Assembly: GCA_963514005.1 (NCBI GenBank)
Contig: OY740789.1
Coordinates: forward strand, 5,084,001-5,148,000
DNA: 64,000 bases
Direction of reading: 5' to 3'
DNA from: Raja brachyura
Taxonomy: Eukaryota
The notes beneath the pieces are model-generated. The model was not told the DNA's origin. It searched no databases and saw only the letters and a list, made by a program, of their open reading frames with translations. This document shows, piece by piece, positions 27,230-41,005 of this stretch (positions within the stretch are counted from its first letter, which is position 1; each line of letters starts with the position of its first letter). Made by a program: the position numbers and the translations under genes.

Positions 27230-29835
27230 GTATGACATACTGCTGTGGAGGCCAAGTCATTGCCTATTTTTAACACAGAGATTGACAGTTTCTTTATTAG
27301 TAAGGGTGTCAAAGGTTATGGGGAGAAGGCAGGAGATTGAGAAGGAAAAATAAATTTGCAGGGATCAAATGTTGGCATAGACGCGACGAACTGAATGGCT
27401 TACTACGGATCCTATGTCTTATGGTCTTGTGATGTCGCAATCATTTATGAATCAATCACCCATAATATTTCATACCAGGAATTTAAAAGATGTGAGGGTG
27501 CAGGAGTATGGGGATGGGTAACTGGGCAATTTGATTTGATGTTTCCAAGTCCTATATTTCTTTTCTTTAAAATTCAGGTTTAAATTCAGGCAGGTACGGG
27601 ATACTGAGTTGGATGATCAGCCATGATCATATTGAATGGTGGTGCAGGCTCGAAGGGCCGAATGGCCTACTCCTGCACCTAATTTCTATGTTTCTATGTT
27701 TCTAAATAAAGGTGTGTTGAATCAAAACTATTGCCGGTGTGACACCCTTGGCTGGAGTGCAATGGCTTTGCATTCTTTCCTTTTTTCAGTAAACATTGGG
27801 AGTTAACAATGAATCTTCATAATTTCATAGTGACATAGAAAGCACTACGTTTAGTGCCAGTCAGCTAGCCCATCATTTCATTTCATTTCTTTCCATGTAA
27901 CTTATTTTGGCTCCAATGCCTATGCGAATCCGCCCCTGATTTTCCCAGCATCTACCTACACCAGGAGTAATCGATAGCCATTAGCTTAAAAAAAACATTG
28001 CCACCCGCAGGTTCTGAGGGCTCTCTTTCCATTTAATTCTTCCTCTAAGGCAGATTTACGTAAGATGGCAGCAAATACTTGTGTGTGATCATGAGTATTG
28101 TTTATACTTTCTTTAAATAATGGGCAAGGTAGACAACGTAATTAACTGGTTACCACAAACCACTGTCAATCATATTTCCTTTTAGCTGTCTGGTGTAGTA
28201 TTAGTCAAGCAGTCAAATTTTCTAAATGAACAATACACAAAGTCACGAATATATGATGTCAAAGTAAAATGAAAATAGAATGCCTATCTATGGACTGTAT
28301 GGCACCAATCTCGAACTGTATCTCTATCTCACTCAGCTCATCCCATGAATATGTTCGATAGTGGAAATGTCCATATTGATTATAGAAATGTAGCATCTGT
28401 TTCTGTTTTACTTTCTCCACGCTACCTACCTGTGACATGATGGAGGCAATTTTTCAGACAAAAGGCTTCATAACTCAGCTTCATTCGCCATTATTGCTCT
28501 TTGTTAAAAGTGCAGTTCATTTGTGTTATTGAACTTGTCAACTTGATTGATTTGTCTAATCCTGTGGGTGGAGAGGCTATGGAGTATTTATTGGAATTTT
28601 TATTGCATCTGGCAAGAATTGCAGAGACTTGTGTTTCCTCTGATCAAGCATAAATGATTTAAATATTTGTAAAATGACATTTTTACTCAGATGCACTTAA
28701 AAGTCATCTTTAAGTCGGGAAATTTTGATTGGTTTGCTGCTGGCAGGGTCACATGTTGAACTTTTAATGACATGGTGTATTGTGCCAAAAAGTGTTCACC
28801 ATTCACTTTTATAAAAATAAGAGATCTTGGAATGACAAGTGCTGTCATCTGTAAAATTGCTAATGTTACAGTTTTACCATTATCCATCTGACATGTAGAA
28901 CTTGTAATTTTAACTGTTTATCACTTTGTAAAAGTTTACATCAGTGGTGTGGATACATGTTACTTGTTACTTGATCTGCCTGGCTTACACAGTGGAAGGA
29001 TAGAGATTGATTTTAATGGTGCCTTTTATTGTTCCAATTCCAAATATCCTAGAGTGCTCTACGGTCAATGAAATCTTTTGGAATTTTAAAATCTAGCAGC
29101 CAATTTACGCAGAGCACTCCCAAACGGCAGCAGAAGAGTTTTTTGGTTACATCAATAGATTAGTAAATATTAGCCAGAATGAGGGGAAAACTCCTGTGCT
29201 CTTTGAACTAGTGACATGTTTTGGGCCTCGTCAGTAAGGCAGGTGGTTTAACGCCTCATCTGAACGTCAGCACATTAAATCGTGTGTATTAAGACCAGGG
29301 GGTAGGGCACCTGGACCCTGTTGCTGCTCTGCTGTTTAACGTTATTTAATCTGAATTATAACATTCAACTGTTATGTTCTTGTTTACTTTGAGTAACCTT
29401 TCATCCCTTATTGATCTAAAATCTACCTACCACTGCATTACAAGGATTTTAAAACTTCTTCCACAGCCCTTTGAGGGAGAGAGTAGCAAAGACTAGAACC
29501 TTAGCAGATGGGCAGTTTCATATTTCTGAATAGTGACCTTTTAGTTCTAGATTCCCCACAAGAGGAAACATCCTTGCCTCATCCCTCCTATCAAGACCCC
29601 TCAAGATCTTGTGTTTTAATCAGGTCTCTCTTTTCCAATCCTCCGAGGATACAACCCAATCTGACAAAAAAGCATTTTCTTTCTTCTGCACTATAATGTC
29701 AGTGTAGGTTTTTTGTGTCTACATTAGTGGGGTAGTACACAAAACCAGGACCCTTTGACTGAATGAGGGTTCTACCCTATATGTCACCACTGGCATAAAA
29801 TTAAACAACTCAACAAAACAAATTAGGCTACCGTA

Positions 29836-30168
29836 AAATGGTGCCATGGTGTCGCAGCTGGTAGAGCCGCTGTCTCATAGTGCCAGAGAGCCGGGTTGAT
29901 CCTGACCTCAGTTGCTATGTGATGTTTGTATGTTCTCCCTGTGACAGCATGGGTTTTATCTGCGTGCTTTGGTTTCCTCCCACATCCCAAGGATGTATGG
30001 ATTTCTGGGTTAATTGGCCTCCATATAAAAAAAAAATCCCTAGTGTAGAGAGTGGGTGAGAAATTTGGATAACCTAAAACTAACACGAACGGGTGATCGA
30101 TGGTCGGCCTGGACTTGGTGGGCCGAAGGGCCTAGTTCCATGCTGTATCTCTGAACTTAACTAAACTG
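29836..30168 (+). mobile_element. tRNA-derived HE1/V-SINE-like element
   Basis: A/B-box-like head, gttctccctgtgac..tgggtttt..ggtttcctcccacatccca core and CR1-like tail; other copies at ~14633-14814(+), 3625-3845(-), 43053-43358(-), 48704-48978(-), 54343-54590(-), 54875-55150(-). Confidence 0.8.
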
Positions 30169-30656
30169 AATAAAAAATGTTGCATAGTTGAAATATTTTG
30201 TTTCACCCCATCTATAATTTGGAATTCAGATGATCACTTATGAATTCAATATGACAATTACTTAGGAATTATTGTTTTTTAATTGCTGGAATTATTATTG
30301 TAAAAGATTTTATAAATTCTGAAAGGATAAAAGTGGATTTTTCCACTTTTAGCTGTGGAATGTTAGTCATTCTTGGTGCTGGATGAATGGCAAACCAGCC
30401 AGGCCCTCTCCATGTCTATTTATCAATGGGTTTACTGGGATATTTCATGGAATAGCTGCTGAATAAAGGGCTCTGGGTTCAATGGATTGTTTTACTTCCC
30501 TCAATGTAGGGACTGCAGCCGGTTGTGTGTCAACTTCTAACTTTGCAGCTGGTGACTCTCGTGATCTGAATTTGATAATTAAAAGTAAATAAACATCTAG
30601 ATTGATTCATTCTTTTTGTGTGAGCACTATCCTAAGTTTATCTTCCTGCTTCTCAG

Positions 30657-30817
30657 ATGTGCGAGGAAAATCCCTCGTGCCCTCGTATCTTGGGATTAAC
30701 TGCCTCCATTTTAAACGGGAAATGTGACCCTTCTGAACTGGAGGAGAAGATTCTGAAGCTGGAAAAGATTCTCAGGAGCAGTGCAGAGACTGCCACTGAC
30801 CTGGTGGTGTTGGACAA
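30657..30817 (+). CDS. DICER1: Dicer-1 exon 6 (motif III, LTAS)
   Basis: [53 protein letters not shown]; tcag| and |gtgagt; 161 nt. Confidence 0.97.
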
Positions 30818-31574
30818 GTGAGTTGTACATTTACACATTACTATTTTCATCATTGTTTTCCTGTTTCATAATGACAGAAGCCCAGCTCTCACAGCAATCC
30901 CAGCAATCCCTTGCCTCAACTTGCATCTTGATAAGCTGTTCCTGTTTCATGCACATCAACTTCCCCTTGGTTCTCCAGACATGCACCTGGTTAGTGGTAA
31001 CTGGGAATAACTAATTAACCAGCTAGTTAGGAGAAACAAGGAATTGCAAATGCTGGTTTTAAAACCAGAAGACACAAAGTGTTGGGGTAACTCAGCAGGT
31101 CAGGCAGCTTCTCTGGAGGACATCGGCAACATTCGGGTCGAGACCCTTCTTCAGACTACCTGGTGTGTTTTTGGAATGAGGGTTGGAACAGGTGCACCCA
31201 GAGAAAACTGTCACAGGAAGAGTGTGTAAACTCCCCATATGCCAGAACTGATCCTGAGATTATCTGCAGTGCTATTGTGCCGTCCTTTATAATCTGGTTT
31301 CTGAAGTCTACTGGAGGAACATGGAGCAACTCTGGAGGGAGATGAACCGTCAGCTTTTTAGGTAAAAGCCACTGGACTCGATCAACTTGAAAGGTTAAAT
31401 CTTTCCCTCTCCACAGATGCCGCCCGACATGTTAATCCTACACTTCATTGTTACTGCTGACTTTCAATGTTTCTTGCACCGTATTCTTTTCTTGATTCTT
31501 AATGCACCGTACTCAATCCCTTAATTTTATTCATTAATTTATGCTTAATTTATTCTCTCTCTCCTACCTAATAG

Positions 31575-31746
31575 GTATTCTTCTCAGCCTCATGAAGTTG
31601 TGCTCGATTGTGGCCCATATGAGGATAAAAGTGGATTATATAAAAAACTTTTAAAAGAATTGGACGAAGCACTTAATTTTATTAATGACTTCAATAATGT
31701 ATCTGCACGCTGTGATGATCGAGGCCCAACTTCAGTCCCTAAGCAG
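31575..31746 (+). CDS. DICER1: Dicer-1 exon 7 (Hel2i start)
   Basis: YSSQPHEVVLDCGPYEDKSGLYKKLLKELDEALNFINDF...SVPKQ; atag| and |gtatgt; 172 nt. Confidence 0.93.
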
Positions 31747-31800
31747 GTATGTGTTTGTACTCTTTGTGATCCAGTTTTGCGGTTTTCTATGAATTGTTTG

Positions 31801-32416
31801 AAAATTTCAAGTCAAGTCGAGTTTTATTCTTCACTTACACATAAAGTGCAGTGAAATGAATTTGCCAGCAGTGGTACAATAAAAAAAGAACACACAATAC
31901 ACAATAAAAATTTAACACAAACATCCAAAGGCATCCGTGGCTTCTAGATGGTGTAGGCTGCAAGTCGGCAGTCGGAGCTCTTCTCCTCCGGGGTCCTCAA
32001 CGTGGGATCCCAGACTCCGGATGCCGCGCCAGCTGGAGCTCCGCAGACCGCGGCTTCAGGCTGCCACGGGTCAGCGAACGGAGCGCTCCCCTCCGGCGAC
32101 CCCCGGCGAGGGCTTTCCCGCTCCACGACGAAAGAGTCCTTGCTGAGCCCGCGGCTGAAGCCCCGGACACGTCTCTGGGAAAGGCCGCACCGATCCTCAA
32201 TGTTAGGCCACGGGGGAGGCGACATGGAAAAAGTTGCCTCTCCGTGGAGGAGGCGACCAAAGTGGTTTCCCCCTTACCCCCCCACACCACCCCCCACACA
32301 AGACACATAAAGAAACATTAAAAACACACATTGAGACACACTTAAAAAACAAAAGAAGTAGAAAAAATTAACACGCTGCTGGCAGGGCTGCCAGCTCGCA
32401 GCGCCCCCACCGATCC
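31801..32416 (-). mobile_element. Composite retroposon, same family as 1031-1921
   Basis: (caagt)n-ttttatt...gtgcagtgaaat tail, GC-rich core, conserved aaaaagttgcctctccgtggagg...gtttccccc block; flanked by a ~176-bp direct duplication. Confidence 0.78.
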
Positions 32417-32677
32417 ATAAAAGTGGATTATATAAAAAACTTTAAAAAGAATTGGGTGAAGAAGGGTCTCGACCCGAAACGTCGCCTATCTCCTTCACTC
32501 CTTAGATGCTGCTGCACCCGCTGAGTTTCTCCAGCTTTTTGTGTAACACTTAATTTTACTAATGACTTCAATAATGTATCTGCACGCTGTGATGATCGAG
32601 GCCCAACTTCAGTCCCTAAGCAGGTATGTGTTTGTACTCTTTGTGTTCCAGTTCTGCGGTTTTCTATGAATTGTTTG
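32417..32677 (+). pseudogene. Partial duplicate of DICER1 exon 7 plus donor, interrupted by a pLTR insertion (~32458-32546)
   Basis: Near-identical to 31625-31800, including cctaagcag|gtatgt. Confidence 0.92.
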
Positions 32678-34454
32678 CAAGTTTGTCACACTTGACAAGG
32701 TTTCAAACATTATTTACTTGAGCGAAGTTGCTGAGTGAAACGTGGCAGGTTCCTGAGATGTGTGTGAGAAATCCTTTTCACCAGCCACCGAAAGTCCTGT
32801 TTAGATTTGAAGATGGAGGCATGACACTTTATGGGGATTTAAAAAGCATCAAACTTCTTAATGCTGGAGGCAGGGGTACCTAATGAAAACCAGGTCACTT
32901 TTTTACATTCTAAATTAGTTTTCTGAGAACTACCACTTGTGCATCCCACAATTGCTGTTAACATAGCTAGTTATTGATTCGAGTGGAATATCTTGGGAAA
33001 CCTTTACGTACCTGTGGAATGAAGATTACTTTGAGCTGATGAGATTTGGTCTGAGGCAATTTTTTTCCCTAAAGATAACATTTTGTACATTCATGGTGCA
33101 TTGCTTTTCTTCAGTAGCAGGGAAGGTCAGGTTGACAATCCAAATCACTTCTGAGATTCATTAATGTGAAACCTGTTTAATTTTAACCAGATGCAGACAT
33201 TTTGTCGTTTATATTGATAATATTTTTTAATTTATTAATAGCCAAGCTTATGTTTAGAGTACTACAAAGCTACCACAATAAGGTTTTGTCCGTATAACTT
33301 TGGATAATTTCTAAATCCTTTACCTTATTGGATACTCGTAACTTTATTTTTTGATCCCACTAGGAACTAGTTGATTTTAATAAATTGAATACTGGAAATA
33401 CTCAGCAGGTTGGACAGCAACTGTGGAAAGATGAATAATTATTGATGACCTGTTAAGTAGTTTCAGCATTTTTCTTTCAGATTTCTGGTATCTATGCTGT
33501 TTTGCCTTTTTATTGTTTACACTTAATGATGAACTGCATTACAAATTTAAATTTATGATATTAATTGAAGTAAATTTGCCAATTTATTATAAAAATTCAA
33601 TAGTAATTGTACAATAAATTGTTATGTTTTCTCCCAGAACAATTGAGGTTGAAACAAAATGGAAGCTCTTAGTTTTAATGTGTGGTAACTAAATATTTGT
33701 TACAATTGGCTATTTTAGTATCACCCTTCTCCCCATGGCCCGTAATACCACCATTTGATAGTCACCGAATCGCCCTTGACTTGAATGAAACGGCAACCTT
33801 GCCCTATTTGTGCATATACCAAATCAGCAAAGAAATTTGAACAGGGTGTGTTGAACGGACATCTTTAATGCGTTGGTTTTATATCACCTTAGTGAATAGT
33901 TTTAGGGGGCTTTGATTCAGAGTTTCAGTGAATGAATTGTGTAGATCGTAAATCTATGCACATGCCTTCTCAATGCCCACCGTTCTACACTTACTGAAGG
34001 ATATATCCCCAGTCTGCCGAGCTTTTTGGTCTAATCACCAGCAGCAGGTCCCTCATGACCCGCGTTGTAACAGGAGACCGTTCCCATTATCTGTCTGCTG
34101 TCGATAGAGATTTCACAAGCAGCTTGAGTCGCCTTTCTGCAGACCCATGTATGGGTTCATTCATTTCAACATGCCATAAATTGAGTAACCTTTCAGAGCA
34201 ACTCAACATGGTGAAATGATTGCTGACTGGTTATGTTGTGTCAAAAACAGTTTTTTTTAATGGGAGAAGCCCCTGATACAATTAGTCAGCTCCCATTGCT
34301 GTGAGATGCTACTCGGTAGGCTGGAATGAGATAACCAGCATTGACCCATGTGCTATTATTTTTGTACACCATGAATATTGGATTAATCTGTATGGTTTAT
34401 TACTTGAATTGTCAGTTCATGCAGTGAGTCTTTGTGTTTCTATATTCACTGTAG

Positions 34455-34922
<468 letters not shown>

Positions 34923-37134
34923 TAAGAGCATGCTGACAATCTTGAGTGCAGTTTGTTAAACCCTGTATTCAGAAAGAATCCAGAGATGAATAACAAGAGT
35001 GAGTTGAGAATAAATTCATAGGTTATAGGAGCAGAATTAGGCCAATCGGCCCATCAAGTGTACACTGCCATTCTGTCATGGCTGATCTGTCTTTCCCATT
35101 CAACCCCTTGATAAGCTGCTCCTCTTTCATGCACACCAACCTCCCCTTGGTTCTTTTGGCAAGTACCAGGTTAGTGGTAACTCGGACTAACCAATTAACC
35201 AACTGGTTGAGAGGAATAAAGAATTGCAGATGCTGGTTTTAAAACAAAGGCACTGTGTTGGAGTAACTCAGCCAGTCAGGCAGCATCTCTGGAGAATATA
35301 GATAGGCAATGTTTCTGGTCGAGACCCTTCTTCATTACATTTTTGTGTTAGGGGTGGAACAGGTGCTCCCAGATAAAACATTCAGTTTACAGGGAGCATG
35401 TGTAAATTCCATTCTCCGGCCTTCTCCCCCAAACCCCTTACACCTGTACTCAAGAATCTGTCTCAAAGAATTTGTGAATTTATGGAATTCCCTTGTGAAT
35501 TTATGGAATTCCCTGCCACAGAGGGCAGTGGAGTCCAAATCACTGGATGGATGTAAGAGTTGGATAGAGCTCTAGGGACAAGTGGAGTCAAGGGATGTGG
35601 GGAGAAGGCAGGCACGGGTTATTGATAGCGGACGATCAGCCATGATCACAATGAATGGCGGTGCTGGCTCGAAGGGCCAAATGGCCGCCTCCTGCACCTA
35701 TTTTCTATGTTTCTTTGTCAATCTCTGTCTTAAACATATCCGTAAAAATAATTACTTTGGGAAAGGTCCCTGAGATTTTATTAGACTAAAAATAAAATGT
35801 CCCGCAGTACAAAACTTTTCATTAGATTTTCCCAGCTGATATGGCTGAGCAAGACCATTCCTTCATTGAAATAATCCTCCACCCTAAATGTAACATTTTA
35901 CTTTAATGGTGCATGCAACAAAATTCAGGCGCACTGCCTGAGTGAAGCTCAAATGTACAAGATAAAAAATAACAATAAAATAACAGCATAAAAGTGGGAG
36001 AAATCAAAATTGCTCATACACTCACATGCACATACTCTGATTCACACACGCATACACATAATGCCTACTGATGCACCCTTGCCAGAATATAAGATATTGC
36101 ACTTAGAAAGTAATTGTCAGAATATAAGATATTGTACAGAATAGTATTAAAAAATGTTATAAATGAATATATCAGTATTGCACAAAAGTAGGTATTGTGC
36201 AGTATTAATATTGTCTATGGGGGGGTGTGCTTTCAGTGCAGAGTTCAGTGTGGGGATGGCCGTAGGGTAGAAACTGTTTGTTAGTCTTCTGAGACGAGGA
36301 AACACTTTTTCTCACAGTACTGGTGAGTCTGTGGAATTCTCTGCCTCAGAGGGCGGTGGAGGCAGGTTCTCTGGATGCTTTCACGAGATAGCTAGATGGG
36401 GCTCTTAAAAATAGCAGAGTTAGGGGATAAGGGGAGAAGGCAGGAACGGGGTACTGATTGGGGATGATCAGCCATGATCACATTGAATGGCGGTGCTGGC
36501 TCGAAGGGCCTAATGGCCTACTCCTGCACCTATTGTCTATAACCCATTACACTAACCTAATCCAATTTTATTCTCTCCATATTGGTATGAATTACCCCCC
36601 AGATTGTACCACTTACTTCCACACAAGGAACAATTTACAGCAGCGAATTAACCTATCAACCCGCACGTCTCTAATGTTTTGCAGAATAATTTTGTCAGTC
36701 TTGTTTGAATTTTTATCCGCTTAACTTCCTTTACCAATTGCTAATAATTTTGAACATTTAATATTTAACCTTTTCCATCACAAGTGACTTAATCTCACTC
36801 ATTAACCCGTAATTTTATCTGCCTTTTGGAAGTCATGTCAACAATCTTCTGTCACTTGATTAGATGATTAACTTTGCTTCGTCAGTTACGATTTGCCTTT
36901 ACCAAATCTCTGCCGACTTGAATTAAGTTGTCCTGTCAAACCGATTGTTACATTTTGTCCTAAGATTATTATTTCCAAATGTTTCTACATCAACCAAAGA
37001 TAAATGTGTCTACACATGTAACATGTACCCATTTGCCACGGAGCATATGCAGTGACTTCACAATGTGCATTTTGTGGGACTGCATTTTGTAGTATTTTGT
37101 GGACAATTATAAGCAGCATGGGCCACTCATGGTG

Positions 37135-37348
37135 TAGAAACAAATAACTGCAGAGGCTGGTTTATACCAGCGATAGACATAAAGTACTGGTGTAACTCAA
37201 CAGGTCGGGCAGCATCTCTGGAGAAAAAGGATAGGTGACGTCTCTTCTGGAGTCAGTTTGAAGAAGGGTTCTGACGTGAACCATCACCTATCCATGTTCT
37301 CCAGAGATGCTGCCTGACCCACTGAGCTACTCCAGCTCTTTGTGTCTA
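37135..37348. mobile_element. Palindromic pLTR-derived element
   Basis: gacataaagtactggtgtaactca...gcagcatctctggag with inverse ctccagagatgctgcc...ctttgtgtc. Confidence 0.8.
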
Positions 37349-38156
37349 CCTACGGGCCACTTATACCTGGGTTGAGGCTGTGGAGTCCAAGACTTTGACT
37401 CTCTGGGAAATAGGTTGATAGTCTTGGTTTCCCTCCCTGATCAATTTCCCTCCTGGGATAAGTAAAGTTCTATCATACAGTTTCCCCGTCCTAACATTGC
37501 AAATTAGAATGCTTCTTGCCTTTGTTCTTATTTCCTATATTATCTCAGTATTGGAATTGAATAATGATCTTTGTGTGTTTTTTAAATGCACCAAAAACAA
37601 AAACCTCTGGAGGAACTCAGCAGTTTGGTTTTTGCAAACCAACAAATTGCTGGAGGAACTCTGTGAAACAGGCAATGGGCAGACAGCACTTTTGTTCAGA
37701 TCCCTTCTTTAAACTGATGGATTGGGGGACAAAGCTGGAAAAGATTAGTGGTGGTGACACAAAGCCTGGCAAGTGATATTTGGATACAAGTAAGGTGGGT
37801 TTGATTGGCAGATGAGTGAAGTGTCAAAGGCAAGATGTGAAAAGGAGACAAAGATGTCAGATAAGGAAAGCAGAGGAGTGAAATGTAAAGCTGGAGGGAG
37901 GGATATGAGAGAATATAATGGAAATGAGGTTTGAGGATGGGAGGGGTGGGAGCTGGGCATATGGAGGAGGGGAAGGAGCATGGTAACGGGACTTGTGGGA
38001 GAATCGTGTGCCCGCTAGTGTGGAGATGGGGCGGCAGGCATCTTTAAAGGTTATGATGGTAAAGTTTTTCGAATAACTCTTTCCATTGTGATCGTTCTCC
38101 TCCCTGCCATGTAAAACTTTTAAGAGTTTGACTGAATTTAATTATTTAATTCTCAG

Positions 38157-38289
38157 ATTAATAAAGGAAGCTGGTAAACAGGATCTGGAGTTGTCTTACG
38201 TCAGCAGTAATTTTATAACTGGTCATGGCATCGGAAAGAACCAACCTCGTAATAAGCAGATGGAAGTTGAATTCAGGAAACAAGAAGAG
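38157..38289 (+). CDS. DICER1: Dicer-1 exon 9
   Basis: [44 protein letters not shown]; tcag| and |gtacga; 133 nt. Confidence 0.97.
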
Positions 38290-38467
38290 GTACGATCATC
38301 TAGCTTTCACAAAACGTACTGCCTTTCCCACTGGGCCGACCTCAGAGTTGTAAATCAGCCCACTCTTGGTTCTAAATAATACAGAAGTGTATCAACTGAG
38401 TAGACCTGTCAGTAGATTTAGTGGAAACTCATGGATGAAATAATGAAATTCAATCTCTTAGAGGCTA

Positions 38468-38982
38468 TAAGTGAGTTTGGTATTCCAACTGTGCATGCCC
38501 AGGTCAAAGGTCACAAGCGGAAAACACTCGGCTGCTGCGGCATGAACATAGACCTGCACCTCATCCACAGCCAGGATCCATCCCGGGTCTCCGGCGCCGC
38601 AATCGCTGCCTAACCGCCAGCGTGGAGAAGCAGCGCTAACTCCATGGTCCTGGGCTGGAATCTCGTCAGTCCAGGCAGGGCTGTAGGTTAACCCGACGAG
38701 ACAGGCAGAGTTGAGCTGAATTTAGCCTGCTTCTCCACGCTGGCTGTGGGCCTGGGGGCGCCGCTTCCATCTGGGGTGGGGGGGCACTAGGGAGGGGACG
38801 GAGATGGTCCAGTGGCAGTTCGGCAGCGATTGCGACGCCGGATACCCAGGATCGATCCTGGCTGCAGATGAGGTGCAGGTCTATGTCCATGCCACGGCAC
38901 GGCTGCTGAAAGTTTTTATCGCTTGTGACCTTTGACAAATCTCATGATTCCTTGCGTTTTCCGGAATACCAACCTTGCTTAT
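38468..38982. mobile_element. MITE-like element with long imperfect inverted arms
   Basis: gtcaaaggtcacaagcg...catagacctgcacctcatc...gcaatcgctgcc versus ggcagcgattgc...gatgaggtgcaggtctatg...cgcttgtgacctttgac. Confidence 0.72.
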
Positions 38983-40182
38983 TGTGGAGTAACAGTAAGT
39001 CTCAATCACTGATTTCAACGCACTGAATATTGTAAGTTATCAAGACTTGTCTGGACTGTAGAAGACTCGCAATTATCTAATTGGCGTGGAGGGAGGAACG
39101 TGGGGACAGATTTCATGTCAAAATGAGGAGCTGCAGATAGACACAATGTTGGAGTAACTCAGCGGTTAGGCAACACTTCTGGAGAGAAAGGGTGACATTT
39201 CGGGTCAGGTTAGAACTTCCCGTAGAAGTGTCCCAACCCAAAACTTAATCTTATCCGTGTCCGCATCATCCAGAGTCCAGATACAACCACTCACATCCAG
39301 GGTCCCCTTACCTTGCCATCCTTGTTCCTCCTCGGTATTGGAACATGCTAGTTCTGAACTCTGATCAGCCCACTTTTAATTACTGCCCACGTGTTTAATA
39401 TGCACTTACCCAATAACAACTGCTCCCAGTTTGCTCTCACAAGCTCCTACCTAACAGTATTGTAATTTGTCCTGCCAATATTTATCCCAATGTCTAGACC
39501 TATCCTTTTTCGTAGCTATCTTAAAACTTAAGCGTTGTGATCACTTTTCCCAAAGTTCTACCACCAGTCACTTGGCCAGGCTCATTTCCCAGTGCAAGCC
39601 CGGTATAGACCTCCCTGTAGTTGGTCTATCCCCATTCTGTTTCACGAAAGCCTCTTGGATCATATCTGTCCCGTCTAAGCTTCTTGCACTGAGCAAGTCC
39701 CAATCAAAATTGGAGACCTCACCCTTTACGACAACCCTGTTAGTTTTACATCTTTCCGATTGAGTTTTAACATTTTGTTGGAATATTAGATTAATTTCTA
39801 GTCATCATAGTTTAAAAGCAAAAGAGAGCAGAGCGGCAAAAGTAAGCAGGTGTTGTGCAAATTTATTCAAAAACAGAGTGAATAAGGAGAAATTGTTTGG
39901 TGGCAGATTTGGTAACCTTAATAGACTTAAGATGACAGGCAAGAGTCAAATACCTTAAATCAGTAAAATAAATAAAATGAGGACTTTTTGTTTATCAGCA
40001 AGTACTAATAATAAACCAATACCAAACTGGAATGTATTCTATGACAAGAGGGGGAAGGTATTTGTAACTAATTTTCTTTCTTTTCTGATAAAAGGAAGGA
40101 ATTGTTATCTCCCACATTATTGACCTTTAAAATCTGCCACAAAGTTTAATATAATTCTTGTTCCTCCAAAACATTGTTACAG

Positions 40183-40425
40183 GTGCTGAGAAAATTCCGA
40201 GCGCACGAAACCAATTTACTCATCGCAACTAGCGTTGTTGAGGAGGGAGTTGATGTTCCAAAATGCAATCTGGTTGTTCGATTTGATTTGCCAACAGAAT
40301 ATCGTTCCTATGTGCAATCTAAAGGCAGAGCACGAGCTCCCATTTCAAACTACATCATGCTGTCAGATTCTGACAAAATTGAAGACTTCAAAGAGGATCT
40401 CAAAACCTACAAAGCAATTGAAAAG
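40183..40425 (+). CDS. DICER1: Dicer-1 exon 10 (helicase C, motifs V-VI)
   Basis: [52 protein letters not shown]...KAIEK; 243 nt. Confidence 0.98.
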
Positions 40426-40799
40426 GTACCAACCATTGGCTATTTGTTTCATAAGTGCAACTTAACGTACAGTAAAAATAGATTATAAATCACTTTTTAC
40501 TAATTTACGCCATTTTGCAAACTGTCCAATTCGCCTTTAACCTATTGCAGATATTGGAATTTGTCTCAGGAACTGGTGCTCCAATGAAATTACAATGAAG
40601 AATACATTCTGCACTCTGTATCTTCCCATTTGCTCTTCTTATTGTGCTTAAGTTTGACTTGTTTGTGTTTATGTATAGTATTATCTGATCTGATTGAATA
40701 GGGAAGAAAAATATGATCTTACTTCCTGCCAAGTTAATTTTGTAAATAAATGGTTCTTGATGCCACCTCTGCAAGTACACACATGTGGCAACTTGTATT

Positions 40800-41005
40800 A
40801 GTAGAAAAAAAGAACTACAGATGCTGCTTCATATACAAAAAGGCACAAAGTGCTGGAGTAACTCAGCAGGTAGGCCAACATCTTTGGAGAACATGGGTAG
40901 GTGGCGTTTTTGGTGTGAAGATGGGACTCTACCCGAAACATCACCTGTCCACGTTCTCCAGAGATGCTGCCTGACCTGTTGAGTTACTCCAGCAATTGGT
41001 GTCCT
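40800..41005. mobile_element. Palindromic pLTR-derived element
   Basis: acaaagtgctggagtaactcagcagg... with inverse ...cctgttgagttactccagca. Confidence 0.8.

Noticed and set aside
29836-29915. tRNA gene
   Set aside because: tRNA-like head continues into a V-SINE core and tail; decayed SINE, no cloverleaf.
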